A DNA stretch of 64,000 nt, taken from NCBI GenBank assembly GCA_020049465.1, contig JAIFKS010000024.1, forward strand, positions 210 to 64,209, written 5' to 3'. A model generated the notes under the pieces. The model did no database searches. It was not told the DNA's origin and saw only the letters and a program-made list of their open reading frames with translations. This DNA is from a bacterium (GTDB taxonomy: Bacteria > Krumholzibacteriota > Krumholzibacteriia > LZORAL124-64-63). The translations under genes were made by a program, and so were the position numbers. Below are positions 24,190 to 32,814 of the stretch, piece by piece (position 1 is the first letter of the stretch; each line of letters starts with the position of its first letter).

Positions 24190-24433
24190 CCTCTTACATC
24201 ATGGTATTTATATAAAAGGTAGTCGTAGATATAGGGGTCGGGGATAACCGGGATAAGTGGGGATGGGTGACGGCGAAGGCATCGGTTTCACCCTTTCAGA
24301 GGTGTCGATGACGGGGACAACTTCCGGACGGCGAACGCGTAACCTGCCACCTGTCCCCCACGTCCGCGCGGACCCGTATTTGCCCCCGAACCGTACCCCG
24401 GTTGTCCCGGACTCATCCCCGAACTTATCCCAA
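24190..24433. other. candidate oriC: AT-rich unwinding element plus DnaA-box cluster
   Basis: AT-rich CATCATGGTATTTATATAAAAGGTAGTCGTAGATATAGG at about 24198-24236. Eight TyrTCCCC-type boxes at 24239-47, 24248-56, 24258-66 and 24312-20 (reverse) and 24351-59, 24402-10, 24413-21 and 24425-33 (forward). Confidence 0.55.
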
Positions 24434-24616
24434 GGATATACAGTCAACGAAACCGCATCCGGGAGGTCGCGCGGGCGGCGCCGCGACGTTCGCGAGGGCT
24501 GCCGCAGGGTTCGCGCGCAGGGCGTGCGGCATGGCCCACGGCTGTTCATACATGCGACGACGCCGGCTCCACGGGGAACCGGCGTCACGACACATGGACC
24601 GTGAGGGTGCCACGGT

Positions 24617-26020
24617 TCAATTCCTGCGTCCACGCACCTTGTCCTGGATATCCAGCACGAAGCCGCGGTAACGCGGGTCGTCGCCCATGTCCTTGCCGAT
24701 CTTCTGGCACGCATGCGCGACGGTCGAATGGTCGCGACCGCCGAAGGCGCGGCCGATTTGATTGAGGGAGGCGCCGGTCATTTCGCGAGACAGGTACATC
24801 GCCATCTGACGGGCCCGGGCCAGGTCCTGGGTGCGTCTTTTGGACTTCAGTTGATCGACGGTCACGTCGGTGGCGTCGGCCACCACTTTCATGACATCGG
24901 CGATCTTCACAGGCCCGGATGAATTCCCCTGGAAAAAGGAGGAGAGGACCTCGGAGGCCATTTCCAGGGAGATTTCACGTCCCGTCAGGCTGGCGAATGC
25001 AAGCAGGCGGATCAGCGCCCCCTCAAGTCGGCGGATATTGTCGGTAATGTTCTCAGCGATGTAGGCAATCACGTCATCGGTGATGTAAATGTTGTTGGAC
25101 TCGACCTTCCGCTTCAGGATGGCCATGCGCGTCTCGAGGTTGGGTGGCTGGATATCGGTGATGAGCCCCCACTCGAACCGCGAACGCAGCCGCTCCTCCA
25201 GCGTCGTGATCTCCTTCGGAGACCGGTCGGACGTCAGGATGATCTGCTTCTTCAGGTCGTACAGCGCGTTGAACGTGTGGAAGAACTCTTCCTGGGTGGA
25301 CTCCTTGCCGGCCAGGAAGGCCACGTCGTCCACCAGCAGCACGTCGACGCTGCGGTACTTCATCTTGAAGTCGGGCGTCCGGTTGTCGCGGATCGACCCG
25401 ATCAGGTCGTTCATAAAGTTCTCGGCCGTGATATAGGCGATGCGGCGCTGCGGGTGCGCGTCGGCGATGGCGTTGCCCACCGCGTGCATCAGGTGCGTCT
25501 TGCCCAGCCCCACCCCGCCGTGGATGAACAGCGGGTTGAAGTGGCTGCCCGGGTTCCGGGCCACGGCCGTGGCCGCGGCGAACGCCATGTCGGTGCCCGA
25601 CCCGACCACGAAATTCGCGAACGTGTAATCGGGATTCAGATTGATGGTCTGGGCGGTGCGCGGCGCCGGCGCCTGGTTCGGGGCCGGCCGGACGCCACCG
25701 CCGGCGTCGACCCGTCCGGCGGCCGGGCGCTCCTCCTGCTCCGGGGCCAGGGGCGTCAGTTCGAGCTGGGCCCCGTCCTGGATCTTCAGCGTGAAGGCCA
25801 CGTCGCGCCCGAAGCAGGCCGAGCCCGCCTCGTTCAGGACGCCCAGGTGGTGCTCGCTGAACCAGTCCATGAAGAAATGGTTGGGGCAGGAAACCTTCAG
25901 GGATCCGTTGGGTGAGTTTTCCGGCTGCAGGGGGGCAAACCACGTGTTGAAGGTCTGCAAAGCGACCCGTTGCCGGACGATATCGAGGATTTCGGACCAG
26001 TAGGCATCCAGATCGGCCAT
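24617..26020 (-). CDS. dnaA: chromosomal replication initiator DnaA
   Basis: Start MADLDAYWSEIL at 26020. Motifs FIHGGVGLGKTHLMHA, LLVDDVAFL and the C-terminal DNA-binding RDHSTVAHACQKI. Confidence 0.97.
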   Translation of the reverse strand: MADLDAYWSEILDIVRQRVALQTFNTWFAPLQPENSPNGSLKVSCPNHFFMDWFSEHHLGVLNEAGSACFGRDVAFTLKIQDGAQLELTPLAPEQEERPAAGRVDAGGGVRPAPNQAPAPRTAQTINLNPDYTFANFVVGSGTDMAFAAATAVARNPGSHFNPLFIHGGVGLGKTHLMHAVGNAIADAHPQRRIAYITAENFMNDLIGSIRDNRTPDFKMKYRSVDVLLVDDVAFLAGKESTQEEFFHTFNALYDLKKQIILTSDRSPKEITTLEERLRSRFEWGLITDIQPPNLETRMAILKRKVESNNIYITDDVIAYIAENITDNIRRLEGALIRLLAFASLTGREISLEMASEVLSSFFQGNSSGPVKIADVMKVVADATDVTVDQLKSKRRTQDLARARQMAMYLSREMTGASLNQIGRAFGGRDHSTVAHACQKIGKDMGDDPRYRGFVLDIQDKVRGRRN

Positions 26021-26065
26021 GGAATCCCCACGCCCCGAAGGGCAGAACCGCGATATCGCGCCCGG

Positions 26066-26093
26066 GTTATACACAGGGCGACAATCTCGCCAA
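26066..26093 (-). promoter_or_regulatory. possible dnaA promoter (TTGGCG-16-TATAAC) overlapping a DnaA-box-like TTATACACA
   Basis: Read on the minus strand. The -10 overlaps the box at 26067-26075. Confidence 0.3.
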
Positions 26094-26144
26094 AACACTG
26101 TCTTTAAAGGGGATAGACGGTATCCAGCCGGAAAGAACAAAAAG

Positions 26145-26174
26145 TTATCCACAAAAAACACGCCTTGTGGATAA
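26145..26174. promoter_or_regulatory. two perfect DnaA boxes TTATCCACA in inverted orientation
   Basis: TTATCCACA at 26145-26153 and TGTGGATAA at 26166-26174. A further 8/9 box, TGGGGATAA, at 26367-26375. Confidence 0.8.
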
Positions 26175-26388
26175 CTTGTTGCGCCGCCTTTTTGGGTTGT
26201 TCTCTATCCGCGGCGAAGCTAGCACGCGATTTCGCGGGCCGACAAGATTTTTCTTCGGATTTTTACGTGACCGCGCAGTTCATTTGAACAGTGCGGGTTG
26301 CGGGCCTGGAAAATTTCCAACCGCCGGGCGGGCCGGCTTTCCGGGACGGTCTTGGGCTTCGGGGCCTGGGGATAACCCGGTGTTTTCC

Positions 26389-26417
26389 TTGACACTGCAC
26401 CGGCAGATCGCTAACAT
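26389..26417 (+). promoter_or_regulatory. sigma-70 type promoter for rpmH (TTGACA-17-TAACAT)
   Basis: Exact -35 hexamer, 17-nt spacer, 4/6 -10. About 40 nt upstream of rpmH. Confidence 0.5.
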
Positions 26418-26457
26418 TTGCCCTTCGTGAAATCTGACTGCAGCCAAGGAGAGATCC

Positions 26458-26592
26458 GTGAAGCGGACGTTCCAACCGAGCCTCATCAAGCGGTCCCGCC
26501 GGCATGGCTTCCGCAAGCGGATGTCGACGCGCGGCGGACGGCTTGTGCTGAGCCGGCGCCGGGCCAAGGGCCGCAAGCGCATTTCCGCCTAG
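26458..26592 (+). CDS. rpmH: 50S ribosomal protein L34
   Basis: Not in the ORF track because it is only 44 aa. GTG start after AAGGAGAG. Translation [44 protein letters not shown]. Confidence 0.92.
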   Translation: MKRTFQPSLIKRSRRHGFRKRMSTRGGRLVLSRRRAKGRKRISA

Positions 26593-26665
26593 CATCGCTC
26601 TGGCCCACGATTCTGGCCCGGAAACCCCGGGCCATGACAGCGGCCGGGACCGCGTCGCAGGCGGG

Positions 26666-27142
26666 GTGCACATGAGCGGAACCATCGCCTGGCGATCGCT
26701 GGCCCGTAAGAGTGATTTCCAGAAGGTCTACAACGAAGGCGCCAAGTCGGTCGGCCGCCTCGTTGTCGTGTACCTGTTGCCCGCCGCTGATGCGGCTCGG
26801 GCGGTCGTCGCCAGCCGGAAGGTCGGCGGCGCCGTTCAGAGAAACCGGGCCAAGCGATTGTTGCGCGAAGCGTTTCGTAACGGTACGCTCGGCAACGCCG
26901 CCGCCGTGAGCGGCATCTTGCAGAGGCTGTCCGTCGCCGTGGAGCCCGAAGAAGGGTCCGGGGCGCAGACGCAGAACTTGTGGGTCGTGCTCGTCGCCCG
27001 CCGCAACATTCTCGCGGCCGGCTCCGCCGAAGTGCAGGCCGAGCTCGACGCGCTGCTGCGCGCGCTGCTGGAATACCAATGTCCAGAGGGCCACGGACCA
27101 TGGGACGACATCCCGTCATGGCGGGGCCCGAACCGGGCCTGA
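26666..27142 (+). CDS. rnpA: ribonuclease P protein component
   Basis: Follows rpmH. Motifs SLARKSDFQKVYNEG and RNRAKRLLREAFR. Confidence 0.85.
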   Translation: MHMSGTIAWRSLARKSDFQKVYNEGAKSVGRLVVVYLLPAADAARAVVASRKVGGAVQRNRAKRLLREAFRNGTLGNAAAVSGILQRLSVAVEPEEGSGAQTQNLWVVLVARRNILAAGSAEVQAELDALLRALLEYQCPEGHGPWDDIPSWRGPNRA

Positions 27143-27239
27143 ACGCCGTGCCGCCGTCGCCGGGCCGCCTTGCCATTCAACCGGTGCGCCACGCCCGCCC
27201 CTGTCCTTCCTGCCAGGGCGAAGCACCACACAGGACTGT

Positions 27240-27506
27240 ATGTGGCGTTTGCCATACCTGCTGATTCTCGCCTACCGGCGGGTCGTGTCCCCCTGGATGC
27301 CCGCGGTTTGCCGTTTCCACCCATCCTGTTCGGCGTATGGCGCCGAAGCCTTCCGCACGCACGGCCTGTGGCGCGGCGCCTGGCTCACGTTCCGCCGTCT
27401 GACACGCTGCCATCCCTGGCACCCGGGCGGCCTTGATCCCGTGCCGCCACCACCCGGCGCGCACTCCTGCTGTTCCAACCCCCACGGAGACATTGCCCAT
27501 GGATAG
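27240..27506 (+). CDS. yidD: membrane protein insertion efficiency factor YidD
   Basis: Motif YRRVVSPWMPAVCRFHPSCSAYGAEAFRTHG...RLTRCHPWHPGGLDPVP. Confidence 0.9.
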   Translation: MWRLPYLLILAYRRVVSPWMPAVCRFHPSCSAYGAEAFRTHGLWRGAWLTFRRLTRCHPWHPGGLDPVPPPPGAHSCCSNPHGDIAHG

Positions 27507-29307
27507 GCGCACCGTGATCGGCTTCGTGCTGATCTTCCTGATCATCATCGGCTACCCCCTGGTCATGAACAAGATCTACCCGCCCAAGCCGGTCACGCGT
27601 CCGCAAGCGACGACGGAAAGCGCGCCGGGTGCCGAAGCCACGACCACAACCGGGGCCGCGGCCGAGCCGTCGGCGCCGGCGGGGGACTGGACGGAGCAGG
27701 GCCTCCCGGCCGCGGACGTGGACGGCAGCCAGTCCGCGATGCCGCTGACCATGGCCCAGGCGCTGGAGCCGGCGCCGGCGGCCGGCGGTCCGGCGTTCGT
27801 GACCGTGACCACGCCGCTGTACCGTGCGCGCATCGACATGCAGGGCGGCGCCATCAGTGGCTGGGAACTCCTGAACCACCAGAGCTGGCGCGGCGGGCCG
27901 GTGCAGATGGTGCCGGACAAGGGCGTGGTCGGCGGGGCGGACAGGATCATCTTCCGCGCCGCGGAGCTGGATCTGGCGATGTTTCCGTACGCGTCCGACG
28001 AGGGCGACTTCGAGCTGGCGGCCGGCGCCGGCAAGCGCACTCTGACCCTGCGCGGCACCACGCGCGGCGGCCTCGAGGTGCGCAAGATCTTCACGTTCGA
28101 CCCGGCGACGTACGGCGTCTCGGTCGACCTGGAGCTGGGTGGCGACGGCGTGGCCGTCGGCAACCTGCTGACGCAGACCGGCAGCCCGGATGCGGTGCGG
28201 TTCGGCTGGAACCGCGGCATCGCGCTGGTTGAGCGTCACGAGAAGGCGGAGCAGGCGTCGTTGCGCGCGTTCGCGGGCATCGGCGAGGACCTGCACCTTC
28301 GCAAACGTGACGGACTGAAGAAGGACGTCACCAAGGTTGAAGGCCAGTGGCGCGGCTCGATCCGCTTCGCCGGCATTCAGGACCGCTATTTCGCGATCAT
28401 CGGTATCGTTCCCCAGGTGCAGGGGGAACCGGTCGAGGGCACCGTGCGGCTCGGCGGGGACAAGGATCGGTTGGCCCAGACCTGGGCGATCGACCTTCCC
28501 GCGCGCCGCGCCGACAGCGGGGGCATCGCTGCCGCGCGTCTCGATCTCTACATCGGCCCTCAGCAGGCCGATCTGCTCCGCGTCTACGGACAAGGTCTGG
28601 AAAACACCATGGACCTGGGCTGGAAGTGGGTGCGCCCGCTTTCGAAGCTTGTGCTCTGGGGAATGGATCTGCTGTACCGGTACATCCCGAACTACGGCGT
28701 GATCATCATCATCTTCTCCATCGTGACGAAGCTGATGTTCTATCCCCTGACGCAGACCTCGACCAAGTCCATGCGCAAAATGCAGGAACTGCAGCCCAAG
28801 CTGAAGGCCCTGCAGGAGAAGTACAAGAACGACAAGGAGAAGCTGAACGCGGCGACTCTGAAGCTGTATCAGGAGGAGAAAGTCAATCCCCTGTCCGGCT
28901 GTTGGCCGCTGCTCGTCCAGTCTCCGGTGTTCATCGCGCTCTACCAGGCGCTGAGCCACACGGTTTCCCTGCGCGGGCAGCCGTTTTTCGCCTGGATCCG
29001 GGATCTCTCGCAGCCGGATGCGATCGCGACGCTGCCGTTCGCGATTCCCCTGCTGGGATCGGACCTCAACCTGCTGCCCTTCCTGATGGGCATCGCGATG
29101 TACTTCCAGACCAAATACACCCCGACCACCGGCGGCGGCCAGATGGCCATCATGAACAACATGATGCCGGTGATCATGATCTTCATCTTCTACAGCATGC
29201 CGTCGGGCCTGGTGCTCTACTGGTCGGTGCAGAACGTGTTGCAGGCGTACCAGTCCTGGAGAATCCACGTGACGGCAGGTAAAAGCGGAGGCGCAGTCAC
29301 AGCATGA
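27499..29307 (+). CDS. yidC: membrane protein insertase YidC
   Basis: Start MDRRTVIGFVLIFLII at 27499. C-terminal core YGVIIIIFSIVTKLMFYPLT...MQELQPKLKALQEKYKND...NPLSGCWPLLVQSPVFIALY. Confidence 0.95.
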   Translation: MDRRTVIGFVLIFLIIIGYPLVMNKIYPPKPVTRPQATTESAPGAEATTTTGAAAEPSAPAGDWTEQGLPAADVDGSQSAMPLTMAQALEPAPAAGGPAFVTVTTPLYRARIDMQGGAISGWELLNHQSWRGGPVQMVPDKGVVGGADRIIFRAAELDLAMFPYASDEGDFELAAGAGKRTLTLRGTTRGGLEVRKIFTFDPATYGVSVDLELGGDGVAVGNLLTQTGSPDAVRFGWNRGIALVERHEKAEQASLRAFAGIGEDLHLRKRDGLKKDVTKVEGQWRGSIRFAGIQDRYFAIIGIVPQVQGEPVEGTVRLGGDKDRLAQTWAIDLPARRADSGGIAAARLDLYIGPQQADLLRVYGQGLENTMDLGWKWVRPLSKLVLWGMDLLYRYIPNYGVIIIIFSIVTKLMFYPLTQTSTKSMRKMQELQPKLKALQEKYKNDKEKLNAATLKLYQEEKVNPLSGCWPLLVQSPVFIALYQALSHTVSLRGQPFFAWIRDLSQPDAIATLPFAIPLLGSDLNLLPFLMGIAMYFQTKYTPTTGGGQMAIMNNMMPVIMIFIFYSMPSGLVLYWSVQNVLQAYQSWRIHVTAGKSGGAVTA

Positions 29308-31235
29308 GCGATTCAATCGAAACCAAGGGCAAGACCGTCGATCTGGCGGTGTCCGAAGCCCTGCTGCAGCTCGGATTGCGGCGGGATGAAGTCGACATCA
29401 AGGTTCTGGAAGAGCCCCGCGCGGGGCTGATGGGTTTCATCGGCGCGCGGCAGGCCAAGGTTCTGGTGAGCAAGAGGCGCTCGACCCGTGGGGGCCGCAG
29501 CGGCGGCCGCGACCGGGCGCGCGATGACGACCACCGTGCGCATGACCTGACGGCCGACAGTTCGTCGGGCCGTGGCCGTGGGCGTGGAGGCCGGAGCGCG
29601 CCGTCCGGTTCGGGTGGTCAGGACCGGCAGGGCGGCCAGGGTCGCGACGGCCGCAGCGATGGCCGCAATGAATCCCGTGGCGAGGGCCGCGGGGACAGCC
29701 GCGGCGGCCGCGGCGGCGACAGCCGTGGCGAACCCCGCGGGGACAACCGTGGCGGCCGTGGCCGTCGGGATGAAGCGCCCCGCGATGCGGCGCGCGAGCA
29801 GACGCCGCGCCCGCGTCCGGCCGGCGACGAGCGCACCTCCGCTCCGGATCAGGGCGACGCGCAGAGCGAGGCCCAGCGGTCGCGTCGGCGCCGCGGCGGC
29901 CGTGGCCGTGGCGGCCGTGGCCGCACGGGTTCCGGCGCTCCGCGCGAGGATCAGCTCAACGGCGCCGGAGCGGTTCCGTTCGACGGGCCGAACGGGGCCG
30001 GCGGACCGGTGGCGGGCGAGGAGCGTCAGCCCCGCGCTGACCGTGGCGAGCGCAGTGACCGCGGCGAGCGCGGCGGTCGCGGTGGTCGTGGTGGCCGCAG
30101 CGAGCGCGGCGGCCGTGACGATCGTCCGGCCCGCGAACCCGACGGCAACCGCGAGATCCGTTTCGATGCCCCCGGCGGCGTGGAGCGTGGCGACGAACAG
30201 CCTCGCGAGAACCTGATTCCGAGGGAAGAGGCGATGCCGCGCGAACGGGCCCGGGAGGAGCGCTCGCGCCGCGACCAGCACGTGACGCAGGCTCCGGATC
30301 CGATCGAGCCGCAGATGGACGACACAACAAAGGCGGCGGATATGGCGGATTCGGAAGCGGTCGACAGCCCGGTCATCGCGCCGGTGGCGCCGCGGGCCAA
30401 GCCGCGGGCGTGGGGCGGTCTGGGTGCACGGCGCGAGCGGGCGCCGGTGGCCAAGCCCCTGGTGCCGGTGCAGGAGCTTTCGCCGGCCGCCGTGGGTGCG
30501 GTCTACAAGCCGACGAAGAAGGCGGTGGCCCGCGCGGCCGCCCGTCAGGCCGAGGCGGATGCCGCGAAGAACAACGTGAGCGCCGCGCCCCGCTCCGCTC
30601 CGAGCGGGTCCGGCGGCTACGCAGCGTTCAGCGGCAACAGCGGCGGCGGCTACGGCGGTCGCGGTGGTGCCGAAGAGACGATCGCCGCGGGCATCGCGGC
30701 GACCGACTACGCCAAGCCGATGGCTCCGGTGGACGAAGCCGGCCAGCCCGCGTTGCTGACCGAACTGACCACGGGGATGCTCGCCCGCGCGGGCTTCCCC
30801 TGCGAATGCGAAACCATCCCGGGCGAGTACCACGCGGTGAAGGTTTCGGCCGATGAAGACAGCGCCGGCATGCTGATCGGCCGCGGCGGTTCCACCGCCG
30901 AGTCGATTGAGCATCTGGTGGAGCGGATGGCCAGCAACGCCTCGGGCGACCGGGTGCGGATGAACCTGGACATCAACAACTACCGGGTCGGCCGCGAAGA
31001 GGCGCTGCGCGAGCACACGGCCGAAGCCGTGGCCGAAGTGCGGGCCAGCGGCGAGCCGTACCACATGGAGCCGATGGACGCCCGCGAGCGCCGCGTCGTG
31101 CACATGGCCACCGAAGCGCTGGCGGACATCACCACCTACACGGTGATCGGGTCCGGCGGCAAGCACGTGGTCATCGCGCTCAACGACGGTTCGCAACCGG
31201 CGAACGATGGTGGTCGCGAAGGCGGCGAGGACTGA
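29304..31235 (+). CDS. jag: Jag/KhpB-type RNA-binding protein with a long Arg/Gly-rich insert
   Basis: Jag_N-like N-terminus ([29 protein letters not shown]). C-terminal KH ([15 protein letters not shown]) and R3H-like ([12 protein letters not shown]) segments. About 270 aa of RG/RGG low complexity between them. Confidence 0.85.
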   Translation: MSDSIETKGKTVDLAVSEALLQLGLRRDEVDIKVLEEPRAGLMGFIGARQAKVLVSKRRSTRGGRSGGRDRARDDDHRAHDLTADSSSGRGRGRGGRSAPSGSGGQDRQGGQGRDGRSDGRNESRGEGRGDSRGGRGGDSRGEPRGDNRGGRGRRDEAPRDAAREQTPRPRPAGDERTSAPDQGDAQSEAQRSRRRRGGRGRGGRGRTGSGAPREDQLNGAGAVPFDGPNGAGGPVAGEERQPRADRGERSDRGERGGRGGRGGRSERGGRDDRPAREPDGNREIRFDAPGGVERGDEQPRENLIPREEAMPRERAREERSRRDQHVTQAPDPIEPQMDDTTKAADMADSEAVDSPVIAPVAPRAKPRAWGGLGARRERAPVAKPLVPVQELSPAAVGAVYKPTKKAVARAAARQAEADAAKNNVSAAPRSAPSGSGGYAAFSGNSGGGYGGRGGAEETIAAGIAATDYAKPMAPVDEAGQPALLTELTTGMLARAGFPCECETIPGEYHAVKVSADEDSAGMLIGRGGSTAESIEHLVERMASNASGDRVRMNLDINNYRVGREEALREHTAEAVAEVRASGEPYHMEPMDARERRVVHMATEALADITTYTVIGSGGKHVVIALNDGSQPANDGGREGGED

Positions 31236-31329
31236 TCGCCGTTCTTCGTACCGGATGACGAAGGAGCGGCGCGCAGGCGCCGCTCCTTATCGTAGAAGCG
31301 GAACACAAGAAGCGCGGCGGGGAGGACCC

Positions 31330-32808
31330 ATGAGCGACCCGATCGAAATGAGCCAGGACACGGTCGTGGCCAGGGCGACCCCCGAGGGCGAGGGCGGCCT
31401 GGCCGTGGTCCGCCTGAGCGGCCCCGAGGCCATGGCGATCGCCGCGCGGGTGTTCCGGGGGCCCGGTTTCGGGGGCGGTTCGGGCGCGGGCCCGGTGGCG
31501 CGCCGCGCTGTATACGGTATTTTCCATGAGCCTATTGATGCACAAGTTGTTGAAGATGGGGCGCTTGCGGTGATCGACGAAATCCTCGCGCTGCCTCTGC
31601 CGGGTCCCCACAGCTACACCGGTGAGGACACGGTCGAGTTCTTCTGCCACGGCGGCCGCCAGGTCGCGGCGCTGGTGGTCCGGGCCTGCCAGGCCGCCGG
31701 CGCGGTGGCGGCGCCCCCGGGCGAGTTCACCCGGCGGGCCTTCCTGAACGGGCGCCTGACCCTGGACCAGGCCGAGGCCGTGGCTGACCTCATCCAGGCC
31801 GGCAGCGAGCAGGCGGCCCGTGCGGCGGTGGCCCAGCTGCGCGGCGGACTGGACGCCGAACTGGGGGCGGTCGAGTGGCCGCTGCTGGATCTGCTGGTGC
31901 GGCTCGAGGGCTCGCTCGAATTCAGCGACGACGACGACACGGCCGCCGTGCCGGCGGCCGAAGTGCGCCTGACCCTGGAAGAGGCCCGCGACGGCATCGA
32001 GACCCTGCTGGCCCTGGCCCCGGCCGGTCGCCTGCTGCGCGAAGGCATCCACGTGGTCCTGGCTGGCGCCCCCAACGCGGGCAAGAGCAGCCTGTTCAAC
32101 CGCCTGGTCGGCGGTGAGCGCGCGCTGGTCGATGCCGAACCCGGCACGACGCGCGACATCGTGACCGCGCCCGTGCGGCGCGGCGGCCGACTCTATGTTC
32201 TGCACGACACGGCGGGGCTGCGCGACACCTCGCATCTCGTCGATGGAGCGGGCCGCGTCGAGACGATGGGCATCGCGCGCACGAAGGAAACCGTGGCGCA
32301 GGCCGACCTGGTGCTGCTGCTGGCGGAGGCCGGGGCAGCCGGCGGGCAGGCCTGGCCGGAGCTGGCCGCGGGCGAGGCTTCGATGGCGCCTGCGGCGACG
32401 CTGCGCGTGCTGACGAAGATGGATCTCGCGGGCGGTGGACGTGATCGCACCGGACTTGCGCCGGCGCAAGTTGACGAGAAAGCCGGCAAGCCCATCGCGA
32501 CGTCGAGCCTCACCGGCGCCGGCGTCGACGACTTGTGGGCCGCCATCGAGCGGCAGGTCGAGGCCTGGCGTCTGGACGAAGCCGTCAGCCTGGGTGTGGT
32601 GCTGAACGAGCGCCACCGGCAGCGGCTGCTCGAATGCCGCGACGAACTGACACAGATGCTGGCGCTGTACGAGGGCGCCACCCCGGGCGACGAAGTGGCC
32701 GGCACGCTGCTGGCTTCGCTTCTGGCGCGGCTGGGGGAGATCTCCGGCCGCGTCTTCACCGAACAGATGCTCGACGGCGTGTTCCGCCGTTTTTGCGTGG
32801 GAAAATAG
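31330..32808 (+). CDS. mnmE: tRNA modification GTPase MnmE
   Basis: ATG at 31330 after GGAGG. Motifs IAARATPEG-like N-terminus, [12 protein letters not shown] and DTAGLR. C-terminal FCVGK. Confidence 0.93.
   Translation: MSDPIEMSQDTVVARATPEGEGGLAVVRLSGPEAMAIAARVFRGPGFGGGSGAGPVARRAVYGIFHEPIDAQVVEDGALAVIDEILALPLPGPHSYTGEDTVEFFCHGGRQVAALVVRACQAAGAVAAPPGEFTRRAFLNGRLTLDQAEAVADLIQAGSEQAARAAVAQLRGGLDAELGAVEWPLLDLLVRLEGSLEFSDDDDTAAVPAAEVRLTLEEARDGIETLLALAPAGRLLREGIHVVLAGAPNAGKSSLFNRLVGGERALVDAEPGTTRDIVTAPVRRGGRLYVLHDTAGLRDTSHLVDGAGRVETMGIARTKETVAQADLVLLLAEAGAAGGQAWPELAAGEASMAPAATLRVLTKMDLAGGGRDRTGLAPAQVDEKAGKPIATSSLTGAGVDDLWAAIERQVEAWRLDEAVSLGVVLNERHRQRLLECRDELTQMLALYEGATPGDEVAGTLLASLLARLGEISGRVFTEQMLDGVFRRFCVGK
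32454..32471. repeat. 18-bp palindrome, exact copy E, inside mnmE
   Basis: ACTTGCGCCGGCGCAAGT, translated GLAPAQV. Confidence 0.95.
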
Positions 32809-32814
32809 GCAAAA

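Noticed and set aside
31500-31560. Local AT-richer patches inside mnmE (about 31500-31560), mnmG (about 33960-34040), parA (about 36180-36200 and 36470-36500) and parB (about 36970-37010)
   Set aside because: I considered inserted elements or recombination patches. The reading frames are continuous, and at least the mnmG and parA/parB patches encode conserved protein motifs. They are most likely codon-level noise or constrained sequence, which I cannot test without statistics.
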